From contig NC_073377.1 of the NCBI RefSeq assembly GCF_028641065.1, positions 24,180,001 through 24,244,000 of the forward strand: 64,000 nucleotides of DNA, written 5' to 3'. Under the pieces are notes generated by a model, which saw nothing but the letters and a program-made list of their open reading frames with translations, was not told the origin of the DNA and made no database searches. Source of the DNA: Leucoraja erinacea (taxonomy: Eukaryota). A program made the translations under genes and the position numbers. Positions 1 through 13,700 of this stretch are shown here, piece after piece. Numbering within the stretch: the first letter of the stretch is position 1; each line of letters opens with the position of its first letter.

Positions 1-76
1 TACTCCTGCACCTAATTTCCATGTATCTATGTATCTCTGGATAAAAGATATAGGTGATGTTTTGGGACAAGACCAG

Positions 77-647
77 CAGGTTTGCAGATGACACAACCCT
101 GATTGGACTGATCCAGGATGGGGAGGAATCTGCCTAGACAGGAAGTGACACAGCTGGTGTCCTGGTGTCTTCGTAAGAAACTGGAGCTCAATGCTCTTAA
201 GACAGTGGAATTGATAGTAGACTTTACGAGAGCTCCCTCTCCCCTACCCCCACTCACCATCAACAACACCAGTCACATCTGTGGACTCTTTTAGGTTCCT
301 TGGAACCATCATCTCCAAGGACCTGAAATTGGAGGTCATTATTGACTCCATAGTCAAAAAGGCTCAGCTGGGGATTGTACTTCCTGCGGCAGCTGAGGAA
401 GCATAATCTGCCACAGGCAATGATGGTCCAATTCTATACTGGCATCGTAGAGTCTGTCCTCACCTTCTCCATCATGGTCTGGTTTGGCTCAGCCATCAAG
501 CACGACATCCGGAGTCTGCAGCGAATCGTCTGATCATCTGAGGTTGATGGCTGCAACCTTCCCCCCATTGACGAACTGTACACTGCAAGGACCAGGAAGC
601 GAGCGGGTAAGATCATCTCTGACCCCTCTCACCACGTCCACAAACTC
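77..647 (+). mobile_element. Rex1/Babar LINE RT C-terminal fragment
   Basis: FADDTTLIGLIQDGEESA..QEVTQLVSWC..LELNALKTVELIVDF; YTGIVESVLTFSI. Confidence 0.8.
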
Positions 648-1207
648 AATTTATCTGTAGTTGTGGTATTCACTGGAGTCCAGAAAATAGCAATATACCC
701 AGGTGGGAAATTAGGTGCTGTCATTTCGGTTGTGATGTTTTAATTAGAGTTTTAAAAATAATGCAGATATTTTCACTTTGTGTGCTATCTAGGACTTCAG
801 TGCCCTGTAAATATTAGATCCAGGTCTTTCACGTATGAATTTGTTCACAAAGAATGCTATTCCTGTGCACTTTATACTACGATAAACATAAGATGTGCTG
901 TGATAAGTTTGCATACCATACCAAACCCAGAAACAATTAGAAATAATAGAGCAAATGTTAGTCAGGACACTGAAGGGCGTCCCAAATCTTAATTAAATGT
1001 GGTTGTTTGCTCTAGATCTGCTTCTTATGAATTTTAGATATATTTTTTGTGTAGATCAGCAATTCCTCTACAAATTATGTCAAGTTTATTTCACAAAATG
1101 ATTTAAATATTTTGATTAAAAACTGTGGTACATTATAAAAGATATAGACACAAAAAGCTGGAGTAACTCAGTGGGACAGGCAGCATCTCTGGAAAGAAGG
1201 GATGAGT

Positions 1208-1235
1208 GACGTTTCGGGTCGAGACCCTTCTTCAG
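1208..1235 (-). ncRNA. Minimal hammerhead ribozyme motif (PLE-associated)
   Basis: CUGAAGA-A-GGGU-CUCG-ACCC-GAAACGUC; 5' helix I strand truncated. Confidence 0.55.
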
Positions 1236-1248
1236 AAAATATATAATT

Positions 1249-1711
1249 AGGTGACTAGTGGGATACCGCAAGGCTCGGTGCTGGGACTGCAGCTATTTAC
1301 AATCTACATCAATGATTTGGATGAAGGGAATCAAAGTAACATTAGCAAATTTGCAGATGACACAAAGCTGGGTGGCAGTGTGAACTGTGATGAGGAGCCT
1401 ATGAGAATGCAGGCTGACTTGGACAGGTTGGGGGAGTGGGCAGATGCATAGCAGATGAGGTTTAATGTGGATAAATGTGAGGTTATCCACTTTGGTATAA
1501 AAAACAGGAAGACAGATTACTATCTAAATGGCGTCAAGTTGGGAAAGGGGGAAGTACAATGGGATCTGGGGGTCCTTGGTCATCAGTCTATGAAAGTAAG
1601 CATGCAGGTACAGCAGGCAGTGAAGAAAGCGAATGGCATGTTGGCCTTTATAACAAGAGAAGTCGAGTATAGGAGCAAAGAGGTCGTTCTGTAGTTGTAC
1701 AGGGCCTTAGT
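1249..1711 (+). mobile_element. CR1 LINE RT fragment
   Basis: [27 protein letters not shown]. Confidence 0.88.
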
Positions 1712-2442
1712 AACATGTTGAAGTGCGTTTTTTAAAATTTTTTATAATGTCTTTGTGGGAGAAGAGGATACGGTAAGGGGGATACCGTCCTTCAGTCGCT
1801 TCCTGGGGAGGATGCGACTATTATACGAGTCGCATCCTCGCCCCCCCCGGCGGCCTACCTACTGGATATGCGTGGCCTTTCCTGCCGGGACCGACCAGAG
1901 CTGCAGCAGTGGCGCAGCGTTGGAAACATCGTTTGGAGCCCCGGAGTGCTGGGCCTGCTGCACTGACATCGCGGAGCTCCCAACGCGGGCGGCGCTGATC
2001 AACATCGCGGAGTCCTGCGACTCCGCCCGGCTCGGCCTGCGGACTCGGGAGCTGCGGACTCTGGTGGGAGGTAGCTGATCTGGAGGTCCGGGCCGCTGAG
2101 GATGTTCTCTGTCGAGGTTCGGCGTTCCATCATCCCAGCATGAGGGCCTGAGCATCGGGCCGCCCATGGCGGCGACTGCGGGTGCTCGGGAGGCCCTGAC
2201 CACAGGTGAACATCTGGGAAGATCGGAGGGGTGGCTGGCTGGACTATGGTACCTTCCTCAACTTTGGTGCCACTGTGTTGTGTCATGGTTATGTTGTGTC
2301 GTGGACTTCTGTGTTTGTGCTTTTTTTAAAATTTTAATATATTTTATTTATTATTATTTTTTTTTATGATACTTGACTGTAAGGAAAATTCATTACGTTG
2401 TCTCTAATATGAGATAATGACAATAAATTGAATACAATACAA
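1712..2442 (+). mobile_element. CpG-rich non-coding retroposon with LINE-type GACAATAAA + (AATAC)n tail, inserted in a CR1
   Basis: TAGT duplicated at both ends; host CR1 rejoins. Similar elements at 12774-13322 and 32300-33167. Confidence 0.6.
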
Positions 2443-2479
2443 TAGTGAGACTGTCTGGGTGCAATTTTTTCCGTCACCT

Positions 2480-3885
2480 CAGCCCTAAATGGCCTACCCC
2501 GTATTCTTAAACTGTGACCCTGGTTCTGCAGACCCCCAACATCGGGAACATTTTTCCTGCAACTAGCCTGTCCAATCCTTTAAGAATTTTATATGTTTCT
2601 ATAAGATCCACTCTTATCCTTCTAAATTCCAGTGAATACAAGCCCAGTCGACCCATTCTTTCATCAAATGTCAGTCCCGCTATCCCGGGAATGTCCTTCC
2701 TCAAATTATGACCAAAACAGCACCCAATACTCCAGGTGTGGTCTCACCAGGTACCTGTTCAACTGCAGTAGGACCCACCCAGATCTCATTGCACCTCCCC
2801 TTTTCCTATTCTGACACAATTCAGACAATAATATGCCTAGAAGGTGGAACACAAAATGCTGGAGTAACTTAGCGGGACAGGCAGCATCTTTGGAGAGAAT
2901 GGGTGATGTTTCGGGTCGAGACCCTTCTTCAGACTGATAATCTGCCTTCCTGTTCCTGTCACCAAAGTGGATAACCTCACATTTATCCACATTATACTGC
3001 ATCTGCTTACTCACTCAACCTATCCAAGTCACCCTGCAGCCTCATAGCATCCTCCTCGTAGCTCACACTGCCACCCAGCGTTGTGTCATCCGCAAACTTG
3101 GAGATGTCACATTTAATTCCCTCGTCTAAATCTGAATTAACCCCTTTGTCCTCCTCTGTTGAGCTAAATTTCTCCCAGTCTTCCAGTTTGCTGCTTTCTC
3201 TGGCCAATTTATATGCCTTTTCCTTGGATTTAACACAATCCCTGATTTCCCTTAGCCATGGTTGAGCCGCATTCCCCGGTTTATTTTTTCGCCAGACAGG
3301 GGTGAACACTTTTTGGAGTTCATCCACGCGGTCTATAAATCTTTGCCATTGCATCTCTACCGTTATCCCGTTAAGTATAATTTGCCAGTCTATCCTAGCC
3401 AATTCCCATCTCATACCTTCATAGTCTCTTTTCTTTACGTTCAGGACCCTAGTCTCTGAATTAACCGTGTCACTCTCCCTCCTAATGCAGAATTCTACCA
3501 TATAATGGTTACTCATGCCCAAGTGTCTTTGCACAAGATTGCTAACTAATCCTTCCTCATTACACAATACCCAGTCTAGAATGGCCTGCCCTCTCCATAT
3601 TGGTTTGAAAAACCATCCCGTTTCTATTGCAGGAAATCCTCCTCCTCAGCGCTGCTACCAATTTGGTTGGCCCAATCTAGAAGTAGATTAAAGTCACCTT
3701 TGCTACACACATCCCTAATTTCCTGCTTAATGCTATCTCCAACCTCCCTACTGCTGTTTGGTCTGGATACAACTCCAACAAGCTTTTTCTGCCCTTGGCT
3801 ATTTCGCAGTTCTACCCATACCGATTCTTCAGCATCCAAGTTAATGTCTCTCCTTGCTATTGCATTAATTTCCTTTTTAACCAAC
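2480..3885 (-). mobile_element. Fragmented CR1 LINE (endonuclease to 3' region) with a PLE pLTR inside
   Basis: [33 protein letters not shown] motifs. Confidence 0.85.
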
Positions 3886-4627
3886 AGCTGTTTAATCTTC
3901 CTACCGCAACCAGAGAGCAGTGCTGAATTACTATCTACCTCTTTGATCTTAGTTCAGCACTGCTCTCTGGTAGTGATGGGACCCACTGAGTTACTCTCGC
4001 ATTTGTGTCTTTTCTTCAGGGATGTTGCCTGACCCGTTGATTTGCTCCAGCACTTTGTGTCTTTTTTTCTGTAAACCAGCATCTGCAGTTCTTTGTTTCA
4101 ACAAGTCCTTTTATTTACTAGTTGATATATTGGGGTAGATGCAGTAAGATCTCTTAATGCATCTGGGCATCTAAAATATATTTGATGTGCTTACTGGAGC
4201 AAGGGAAGATATCAGTTTTAGACAAATTCCTGTAATGGTTCTATACGTACAGAACACCAATTTTCAGTAGTTAACAGTACAAACATTGCAGAGACCGGAG
4301 TGCAACAGGTTAATTCATAAATATAAAATCTACAGTAGAATATCCTTCAGACTAATTTATTGTTGAGGTCAAATGCGACACCAAAGCTATTCCGAAAATT
4401 ACAATCACCTGTACATATCAAGACAAGGAGGCCCGATGATGACAAGTTACTTTCCAGTAGCTTAAAGAATTCTTGAAGTATACACAAGCAGAAGCAGAGA
4501 TATAGCTGATAAAAATCATCACTGAAATTGTGTGGTCATATGATCTCTTGAGAATTTCCAAATGCTTAATTTTATGCAAGTGATAGAGAACATGACATTT
4601 ATTTTGCTGTGCTCAAGCAAGCAGACA

Positions 4628-4759
4628 TTATGGTTTGCAACGTTGAACAAAACGTGGGTACAAACATACATCCCGAATATGGTGTCTGTTCAGAAGCCAT
4701 GTTAAGAAACGTTCCAGTCCCAAGCCATATCCGCCATGTGGACAACTGCCATATTTACA
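4628..4759 (-). CDS. NARS1: NARS1 last coding exon ([43 protein letters not shown])
   Basis: ttccttccag acceptor; motif 3; TAA stop at 4630-4628. Candidate AATAAA signals on the minus strand at about 4598, 4356 and 4110. Confidence 0.96.
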   Translation of the reverse strand, partial: CKYGSCPHGGYGLGLERFLTWLLNRHHIRDVCLYPRFVQRCKP

Positions 4760-7700
4760 CTGGAAGGAAAAAATGGCAATAAGTATCAGTTTAAAAAAAA
4801 AAAAATCATAGCCTGCCTAATTCAAGAAATGCTGTGTCGGTTGCAAATACATTTCAAGAAAATTAATTTGCCAAATTAATTTTAGGACATTGTAAAGACA
4901 TAATGAATGATAACATTACAATTATAAGCTCTTTATTTGAGAAACAGAATTGTAAAGATTTAAAGTGAGGAGGTTTAATATTCAACTGCTCCTCTTATGG
5001 AGCTCAACACTGAATGCTCAAAATACTAGAGTTAGAAAAGGGCAAAAATAACTTTTTTGGCTTGTAATTGTTGCTTTGTGAACAGTTCTGGTTGCACACA
5101 GGAGTCTGGCCTTCAACTGACACAAAATTCTCTCAACCATCAACAAATAGTGTCCAGAAAAATATTTTGCATTGGCATGGCATCTTAATGCAACACTTTC
5201 ATATGTTTCATATCAATGATTTTCTTTATTTTGAGTGATCGTTCAATTACACGTACGCAGTTAACTGCCAATTGTTATTGTGCAACAACAATGAGCAATG
5301 AGTAAAAATTAATTTTTGTGTTGGAATATGATCCAGGACATTGCCTTACTTTATGAATAAGCTCCACTGATTCTGAATCTTTAGTTTTGTTTAGAGATAC
5401 AGTGTAGAAACATGTCCTTTCGGCCCACCGAGTCCGTACCAACCAGCGATCCCCGCACATTAATACTACCCTGCACACACTAGGGACAATTTACATTTAT
5501 ACCAAGTATACAAACCAAAGTCAATTAACCTACAAACCTGTACGTCTTTGGAGTGTTGGAGGAAACCGAAGATCTCGGAGTAAACCCACGCGGTCACGGG
5601 TAGAACGTTCAAACTCTATACAGACAGCACCCATAGTCGGGAGCAAACCTGTGTCTCTGGCGCTGCAAGGCAGCAACTCTACAGCTGTGCCACCGTGTCG
5701 CCCCGTACTTAGAGGATGACTTAGGTACTCCCTTAAAATTGTAGCCTTCCCGCAGCAGCAAGTTTTGAGATGAATTACATGCTTCTAAAGCAGTACTCGA
5801 CTCCCTTAAACTTCCAATGTTAAACATAAGAATGAAATAAAGGCATTAAGGCCAAATGGAACATAATGAATGATCACTTTTGTAAAACATAAAATAACCA
5901 TTCAACTATTTTTCTTTCTTCATTAAAATGGGATATGGGTGATGCTGGAAAAGTCAACATTTATTATCCATATTGCTCGAGAAGGCAGCTCATCACCTTA
6001 TTAAAATGAGGGACGAGGTACCGAATAGCCTTCTCCGGCACCTATTTTCTATGTTTTGTTTCTATGAAATGAAGTAGACAGTGACGACACGTTTCAAAAT
6101 GTTGATATAGTGAAGGTGTAAGTGTGGCCATTATCCTGGTAGAGAATCCACACCATGTGAAATTTGGAACATTGGCAGGAAAATTGTGTTTCCAGAAAAT
6201 TCAGGAAAAATGTTAATACATTTTAACGGTGATGTTACAAGAATTTCAGAGAGATCTGAAAACTGAGAATCTAAATAATCCAAATAAATAAACTTTGTTC
6301 AAGAACATTACCAAAATAAATCTAAATTAGAGGCCTACAATTATAGATTTGCTTATTTCAATCTCAGATTGACGGGGGAAAGAAAAATAAATTTGTTATT
6401 GTGGTATGCAACTGCTTTTTCTATGCTAGTTCAGGTTGATAAATTCACTTGAGGGGACAATACTAATCCAGGTTTCCAGGTTTGTTTGCTGGCTCTGTCA
6501 AGCAACATAAGGTACTTGGGAGGAATTGCAGATGCTGGTTTATACTGAAGTTAGACACAAAAAGCTGTAATAACTCACGGGTCAGGCAGCATCTCTGGCG
6601 AAAAGAAATAGGTGACGATTTGGGTCGAGACCCTTCAGTCCGAAGTAGCGCCTCGACCCGAAATGTCACCTATTCCTTTTCTCCAGAGAGGCTGCCTGAC
6701 CCGCTGAGTTACTCCAGCATTTTGTGTCTATAAGGTACTGGGAGGTCATACGAGGACCAGCTGCAGGCACTCATAAAAAACATTATAATACATAACAAAA
6801 ATTTAAAAAAACCTAAAATGCCTACCTCCTAAATCTCCCTCTGAAAGACAAGATCATATTCGATAACTAGTCAAAGGAATCTTTTATTGGTATTGGTATT
6901 AGTCTATTATTCCAACTTACTTGGTCAGTGTACCAGTAGTATGGAGTAGGATCAATGCCTTCACGGTCAAAGCCAGCCAAGAGCTCCTTGATGTCCCAGA
7001 TACGCATTGATCCTCCCACAATCTCACCAACATTGGGCATCAGCACGTCCACCTCACAAATTCAAAGCAACAATACTTGATATTAATTTTTTTTCATGTA
7101 AGGAAAACTCCAGCATTTGTAGTTCATAAGGTCATAAAGGATAGTAGTTTATATTGAGAAGAATTTACTGCAATGACAGGCATCTTTTTTAATTACAATA
7201 ATTACAATGTATTTTTAATTATTATAATAATAATAATAATTAATTACACAGAAACACAAGAGACTGCAGATGCTGAAACCTGGAGCAATAAACAACAAAC
7301 TGCCAGAAGAACTCCACAGTCAAGTGAATGGTCAACATTTTTTGAGATCAAGTCCATGCATCAGGACTCCTTAGATGCTACTTGAATATTAAACAATAAT
7401 GTATTTTTTGGGGTCATAGAAACCACATCGTAGAAACCAATTCCAATCTATCTGCATCACCAATACGATACTGGGTATTCATCCCTGGGGTACCAAGTTA
7501 AATGGTAACACCATTATATGGGACTAAATAGCATCGCAGATAGAGAACCATTCCTCTGGTATTTTGTGGTCTGCATGTTTCACGATCACATTTTATATAT
7601 ACTTACCCTTTAAGTATTACCAATCATTATGAGAATCAGTATACTGACATTGACTGTGCTATCAAAGGCAATATGCACTGAATTCCTGAGGTGACATCAG

Positions 7701-10700
7701 GGGACATTTGACGATGTGTGGCTTGTGGAAGATTGATAAAACCCAGTTGTGGGTGGATATTAAACACTCCAATCATTGGGAAATACCTTGCAAATACAGT
7801 TCTGCTTTGGCTACAGTGTACACCCATCTACAAAGCGCTTGCAATTACTTGCCCATGCCATTGCAGATCACCTCCCTAACCCACGATCTTTACTTTGAAG
7901 CACGACATGACAGCAGGAGTATGGGAACATGACCGCCTACAGGTCCTTCCCCAAGATGTATGTCACCTGGACTTGGAAATATATCGTTATACATCTAATT
8001 TAATCATTTTGGAACTTCCTATTCAACGGCACCATTGGAACACATTTACAGTGAGGAATGGCAAGGACTCAATGCTCACCACCATCTTCTCAAACACAAT
8101 TAGGGATGAACAATTTATGTTTGCCAGCATTGCACACTTCTTGAAAAAGGAATAATTAATTTTAAAATGCCCCTCCCCCCCCCCCCCCCCCCCCCGAAAC
8201 GCATAATTTGCAGTTAAACCAAAGAGCTAATGATTACAATGTATAGAACAAAAACTTTCATTGGCAAAAATAATGGGTTGGTAAACATACAGAGGTTTCC
8301 CCCTGCAGTCCAGGGGGAATTGTGCAGCATTATTGAGCCAAGAAAATCGGATTTGAACTTAGATCCGGCAAACTCAATTAATGGGAGGCAGGTAGAAAGA
8401 ACTGGATTAAGCAAAGCAGAGCTGGAAGCACTGAGAAGGCTCCCTCACTCACTGAGTCAGTGAGGTCAGCTGATGACCGCTCTACCGGCATCTGCTTGCT
8501 CTCCATGCTTCTGCTTGCTCTCCCATCACAACTGTTTCTGGAGGAGCAGCACCCCATATTTCGCCTGGGCAGTTTGCACCCCAGCGGTATGAATATTGAC
8601 TTCTCTAATTTCAGGTAGTCCTTACTTTCTCCTCCTCTTCTCAGCTCTCCCTCAGCCTACTTGCTCCACCTCTTCCTTTCTTCTTCCCGCCCCCCCACCA
8701 CCACATCAGTCTGAAGAAGGGTTTTGGCCCAAAACCTTGCCTATTTCCTTCGCTCCGTAGATGCTGCCTCACCCGCTGAGTTTCTCCAGCATTTTAATCT
8801 ACAACGGTTTCTTTGATTCTATCCCATGTCCATTTCTGACTTACAAAAAATTCAAGTTACGCAGTTTTCTGGAAAGAGCCCTTTCAGAATGCCTATATCT
8901 ATTTGATATACTACACATGACCATATTAATTGTTGGATTGACTCCATGGTCACTTTATAATCTTGCAAAAGTTGTAACTGGTTTTACCGATTCAGTAAGC
9001 CGGCGATCCTCCGTGCAGCGATGCATGTAGAAGGATTTGATCTCTGCAGGAAAACGACATAGGAGTATTGGCTCATTGATTGCATCAGTCATCAATCTCT
9101 CTGGAGCCTCTGGGATATCCTGTGCCAAAAAAAAAAAACTGTTCAATTCGTCCAAAGCATTAAACTGGTGCGAGTAAAGCAACAGATGGCTGTCAGAACA
9201 CTTTTGTATTAGCTCAGATACACAAGTTAGGGTACAGTCTGATTCTCTTCTACCTCTTTGTGGACATTGGACTTTGTCTCTGGAACTACTGCGCTACACT
9301 GCTGAGAACAATATTCTGCACTCTGTATCTTTCCCTTCACTCTACCTATTTTACTTGAGTTTGGCTTGATTGCAATTATGTATGGTATTATCTGATTTGA
9401 TTGGATAGCATGCAAAACAAAGGTTTTAACTGTATCTTGATATTTATGACAATAATAAACATAAACCTAAACCCACGTACTTGTTTCATCTAAACATTAA
9501 ATGGGAAAGTTTATGCAAAATCCAATAACAAGATGAATACTAAATTAGCAAATGTATTTTTTACTTATTGCAAGAGTGTAACGCAAACAATTGAATTTAC
9601 CATCTAAAATGTCTTGTACCTATGCTGAATGACACACAAAGTTATCACACAAATCTAGTGGATTCGTTCGAGAGAAAAATGTTTAAGGAAATTGTCATTT
9701 CAAGCAGAATCTCTGTAGTTTCAAGAGCAAATTCAGAAATGACTTGAATAAGAACCCTTCATGTACAGTGGTGCTTCCTGCAGTTAGTGTTTAACCAACT
9801 CACCATGGCAGTATTTACCCATTGTTCACATTCACTTGGTTACAATAGATTGAAATAAATACCTCTCCAAATTCATAGAAAGTTCCATCATCTTTCTTAA
9901 TATCATGTTCTTTCAGCCATGCGATGGCCTCAACGTAGTTCATTCTTTTGAAAGGACGCCGAGGAGGCTTGAATTCCTGATTTAAACAAAAAAAAAGCAA
10001 GAATAATTACGAAAATGCAAAATTAAGAAGGAAATCAGAAAGGCAAAAAGGAGCAGCAGATAGCTCTGGTAGATATTAAGGGAAATCAAGAGATATTACA
10101 ATGGAAAAGGGGGAGATTAGAGAGAGAAGAGGGCCTCATAAAAATCAAACGTCAAATATGTGTGGAGCCAAAGATCTTACTGTGGAGAAAGATGCGAAGT
10201 CTGGGGACCATGGGACAATCAATATTACAGTTGAAGAGGTATATGCAGGTAGATATATCTCCTGGGCCTGACCAGATATATCCGAGAACATTGTGGGAAG
10301 CTAGAGAAGAAATTGCAGGCACCCTGGCTGAGATATACAAATCATAAGATTTGAGTGAGGTGCCAGAAGACTTGAGGGTGTCTAATGTTGTGCCTCTATT
10401 TAAGAAGGGTACAATGAAAAGTTTTGGAACTATAGACTAGTGAGCATACAGTGCTTTCAGAAAGTATTCAGACCCCTTCAGTTTTTCCACGTTTTGTTAC
10501 GTTACAACCTTACTCTAAAATGGATTAAGTTCTTTTTTTTTTTTTAAATCATCAATCTACATACAATACCCCATAATAAAAAAGCGAAAACGGGTGTTTA
10601 GAAATTTTTGCAAAGTAATTAAAAAGAAATAACTGAAATATCACATTTACATAAGTATTCAGACCCTTTACTCAGTACTTTGTTGAGGCACCTTTGGCAA

Positions 10701-13700
10701 CGATTACAGCCTCACGTCTTCTTGGATATGACGCTACAAGCTTGGCACACCTGTATTTGGGTAATTTCTCCCATTCTTCTCTGCAGATCCTCTCAAGCTC
10801 TGTCAGGTTGGATGGGGAGCCTTGATGCACAGCTATTTCCAGAGATGTTCAATCGGGTTCAAGTCTGGTCTCTGGCTGGGCCACTCAAGGACATTCACAG
10901 ATTTGTCATGAAGCCACTTCTGAGTTGTCTTGGCTGTGCTTAGTGTCATTGTCCTGTTGGAAGGTGAACCTCTGCCCCAGTCTGAGGTCCAGAATGCTCT
11001 GGAGCAGGTTTTCAACAAGGATCTCTCTGTACTTTGCTCCGTTCATCTTTCCCTCGATCCCGACTAGTCTCCCAGTTCCTGTCGCTGAAAAACATCCCCA
11101 CAGCATGCTTCACCTTGGTATTGGCCTGGTTTCCTCCAGACGTGACGCTTGCCATTCAGGCCAAAGTGTTCAATCTTGGTTTCATCAGACCAGAGAATCT
11201 TGTTTCTCATGCCTTTTGGCAAACTCCAAGCGGGCTGTCATGTGCTTTTTACTGAGGGGTGGCTTCCGTCTGGCCACTTTACCATAAAGGCCTCATTGGT
11301 GGAGTGCTGCAGCTATTGTTGTCCTTCTGAAAGGTTCTCCCATCTCCACAGAGGAACTCTGGAGCTCGGTCAGTGACGATCGGGTTTTTGGTCACCTCCC
11401 TGACCATAGCCCTTCTCCCGATTGCTCAGTTTGGCCGGGTGGCCAGGTCTATGATAAGTCCTGGTGGATTCAAAGTTCTTCCATTTAAGAATAACGGAGG
11501 TCATTGTGCTCTTCGGGATCTGCAATGCTGCAGAAATTGTTTTATACCCTTCCACAGATCTGCACAATCCTGTCTCGGAGGTCTACGGACAATTCCTTCG
11601 TCTTCATGGCTTGATTTTTGCCGACATTCACTGTCAACTGTGGGACATAGAAACATCGAATATAGGTGCAGTAGTAGGCCATTCGGCCCTTCGAGCCTGC
11701 ACCGCCATTCAATATGATCGTGGCTGCTCATCCAACTCAGTATCCTGTACCTGCCTTCTCTCCATACCTCCCCGATCCCTTTAGCCACAAGGGCCACATC
11801 TAACTTCCTCTTAAATATAGCCAATGAACTGGCCTCAACTACTTTCTGTGGCAGAGAATTCCACAGATTCATCACTCTGTGTGAAAAATGTTTTTCTCGG
11901 TCCTAAAAGACTTCCCCCTTATCCTTAAACTCCTTGTTCTGGACCTTATATAGACAGGTGTGTGCCTTTTTAAATCATGTCCAATCAATTTAATTTACCA
12001 CTGGTGGACTCCAAGCAAGTTGTAGAAACATCTCAAGGATAATCAATGGAGACAGGATGAACCTCAGTTCAATTTTGAGTGTCATAGCAAACCTATGTAA
12101 ATGTGATATTTCAGTTATTTATTTTCAATTACATTGCAAACATTTCTAAACACCTGTTTTCGCTTCTTCATTCTGGAGTATTGTGTGTAGATTGATGATA
12201 TATAAAAAAAGAATTTAATCCATTTTAAAATAAAGCTGTAACGTAATAAAAAGGTGGAAAAAGTGAAGGGGTCTGAATACTTTCTGAATGCACTGTATTG
12301 TCTGTGTTAGGCAGGTTACTGGAGAGTATTCTAAGGGATAAGATATATATGCATTTGGATAGAGAGGGGCTGATTAGGTATATTCAGCAGAATTTTATAT
12401 GTGGGTGATCTTGTCTCACTAATCAGATTGAGTTTTTTGAAGAAGTAACTAAAAAGGTTGATGAGGGCAAAGCCATAGATGTTGTCAATATGGACTTCAG
12501 CAAGTCATTTGATAAGGCTCCACATGGTTGCTCTCAAAGGTTGGATCATATGGAATCTTGGGAGAGCTACCCGACTGAATAGGGAATAGGCTTCAAGAAA
12601 GAAAGCAGAGGATGATGGTGGAAGGTTGTTTATCGGATTGGAAACCACTGACTTGTGGTGTGCCTCAGGGCTGGGACCTGCTGTTTGTGGTTTATACCAA
12701 CGATTTGGATGAGAATGTACAAGGCATGATTAGTAAGATTGCTGATGACACTAAAGTAGTTGGCATCATAGATGCCAAGATGGCGACGCTGCCTTAGCAG
12801 CTGCTGCTTGCCTGCAGTCTGTCTGTTTTTTCTCTTATTTGTTGTTGTTCTTTTGTCCTGTTTTAGTTAATCTTTGGTTTATTAGGTTGTGTATGTGTGT
12901 GGGTGGGGGGGGGGGGGGGGGGGGGGAGGGGAGAAACATGTTTTTGGTCTCTTCCTTCGGGCGGATGCGACTTTTCTTGTCGTATCCCCCGTCTCCGTCT
13001 CCGTCGAGGTCTAATGGCGGAGCTGGCGGCCTTGGGGCTGTGGCAGCGGGGACTCGATTTCGGAGCTATGGCGGCGTTCCGACGACTCGACCAGAGCTGT
13101 GGCAGCTTTCCGCCGTTTCCACTTCGGAGCTGGGGCGGCGTTCCGGCGTTGGCGACCAGACTTCGGAGACTCGGCCGCGGGCCCAGTGGACGACATAGTC
13201 GGGAGCTCGCAGGTCACAGGTTGGTGACCTGTTTTTCCGGAGCTCCCGCAACAACAGCTTCGTCCGCTGGACTGAAGGGCAGCAGCTTCGACCACCCCGG
13301 GCCGCTGAGTTTAATTCAATTCAGATAATAATGAAAAATTGCAGCAGGATCGTGATCAGTTGGGCTGTGGAATGGTTCATGGGAGTTTAATAAAGAAAAG
13401 TGCAAGATGTTGCATTTTGCAAAGTCAAACCAGGGCAGGACCTTCACAGTGAATGGCAGGGCTCCGGGGAATGCCGTAAAGCAGAGGGATTTAGAAGTGC
13501 AGGGAGTTCCTTGAAAGTCGCATTGCAAGAAAGCTTTCGTCAGTCAGAATCTTTAACAGAAGTTGGTATGTTACATTAAGACATTGGTGATGTTACATTT
13601 AGAGTATTGTGTTTAGTTTTGGTCATCTTGTTATAGGAAAGATGTTGCTAAGTTGGAAAGGGTGCAGAGAGGAATTTACGAGGATGTTGCCAGGATTCAG

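Noticed and set aside
5630-5704. tRNA gene
   Set aside because: tRNA-like head is fused to a V-domain and CR1 tail, so it is a SINE
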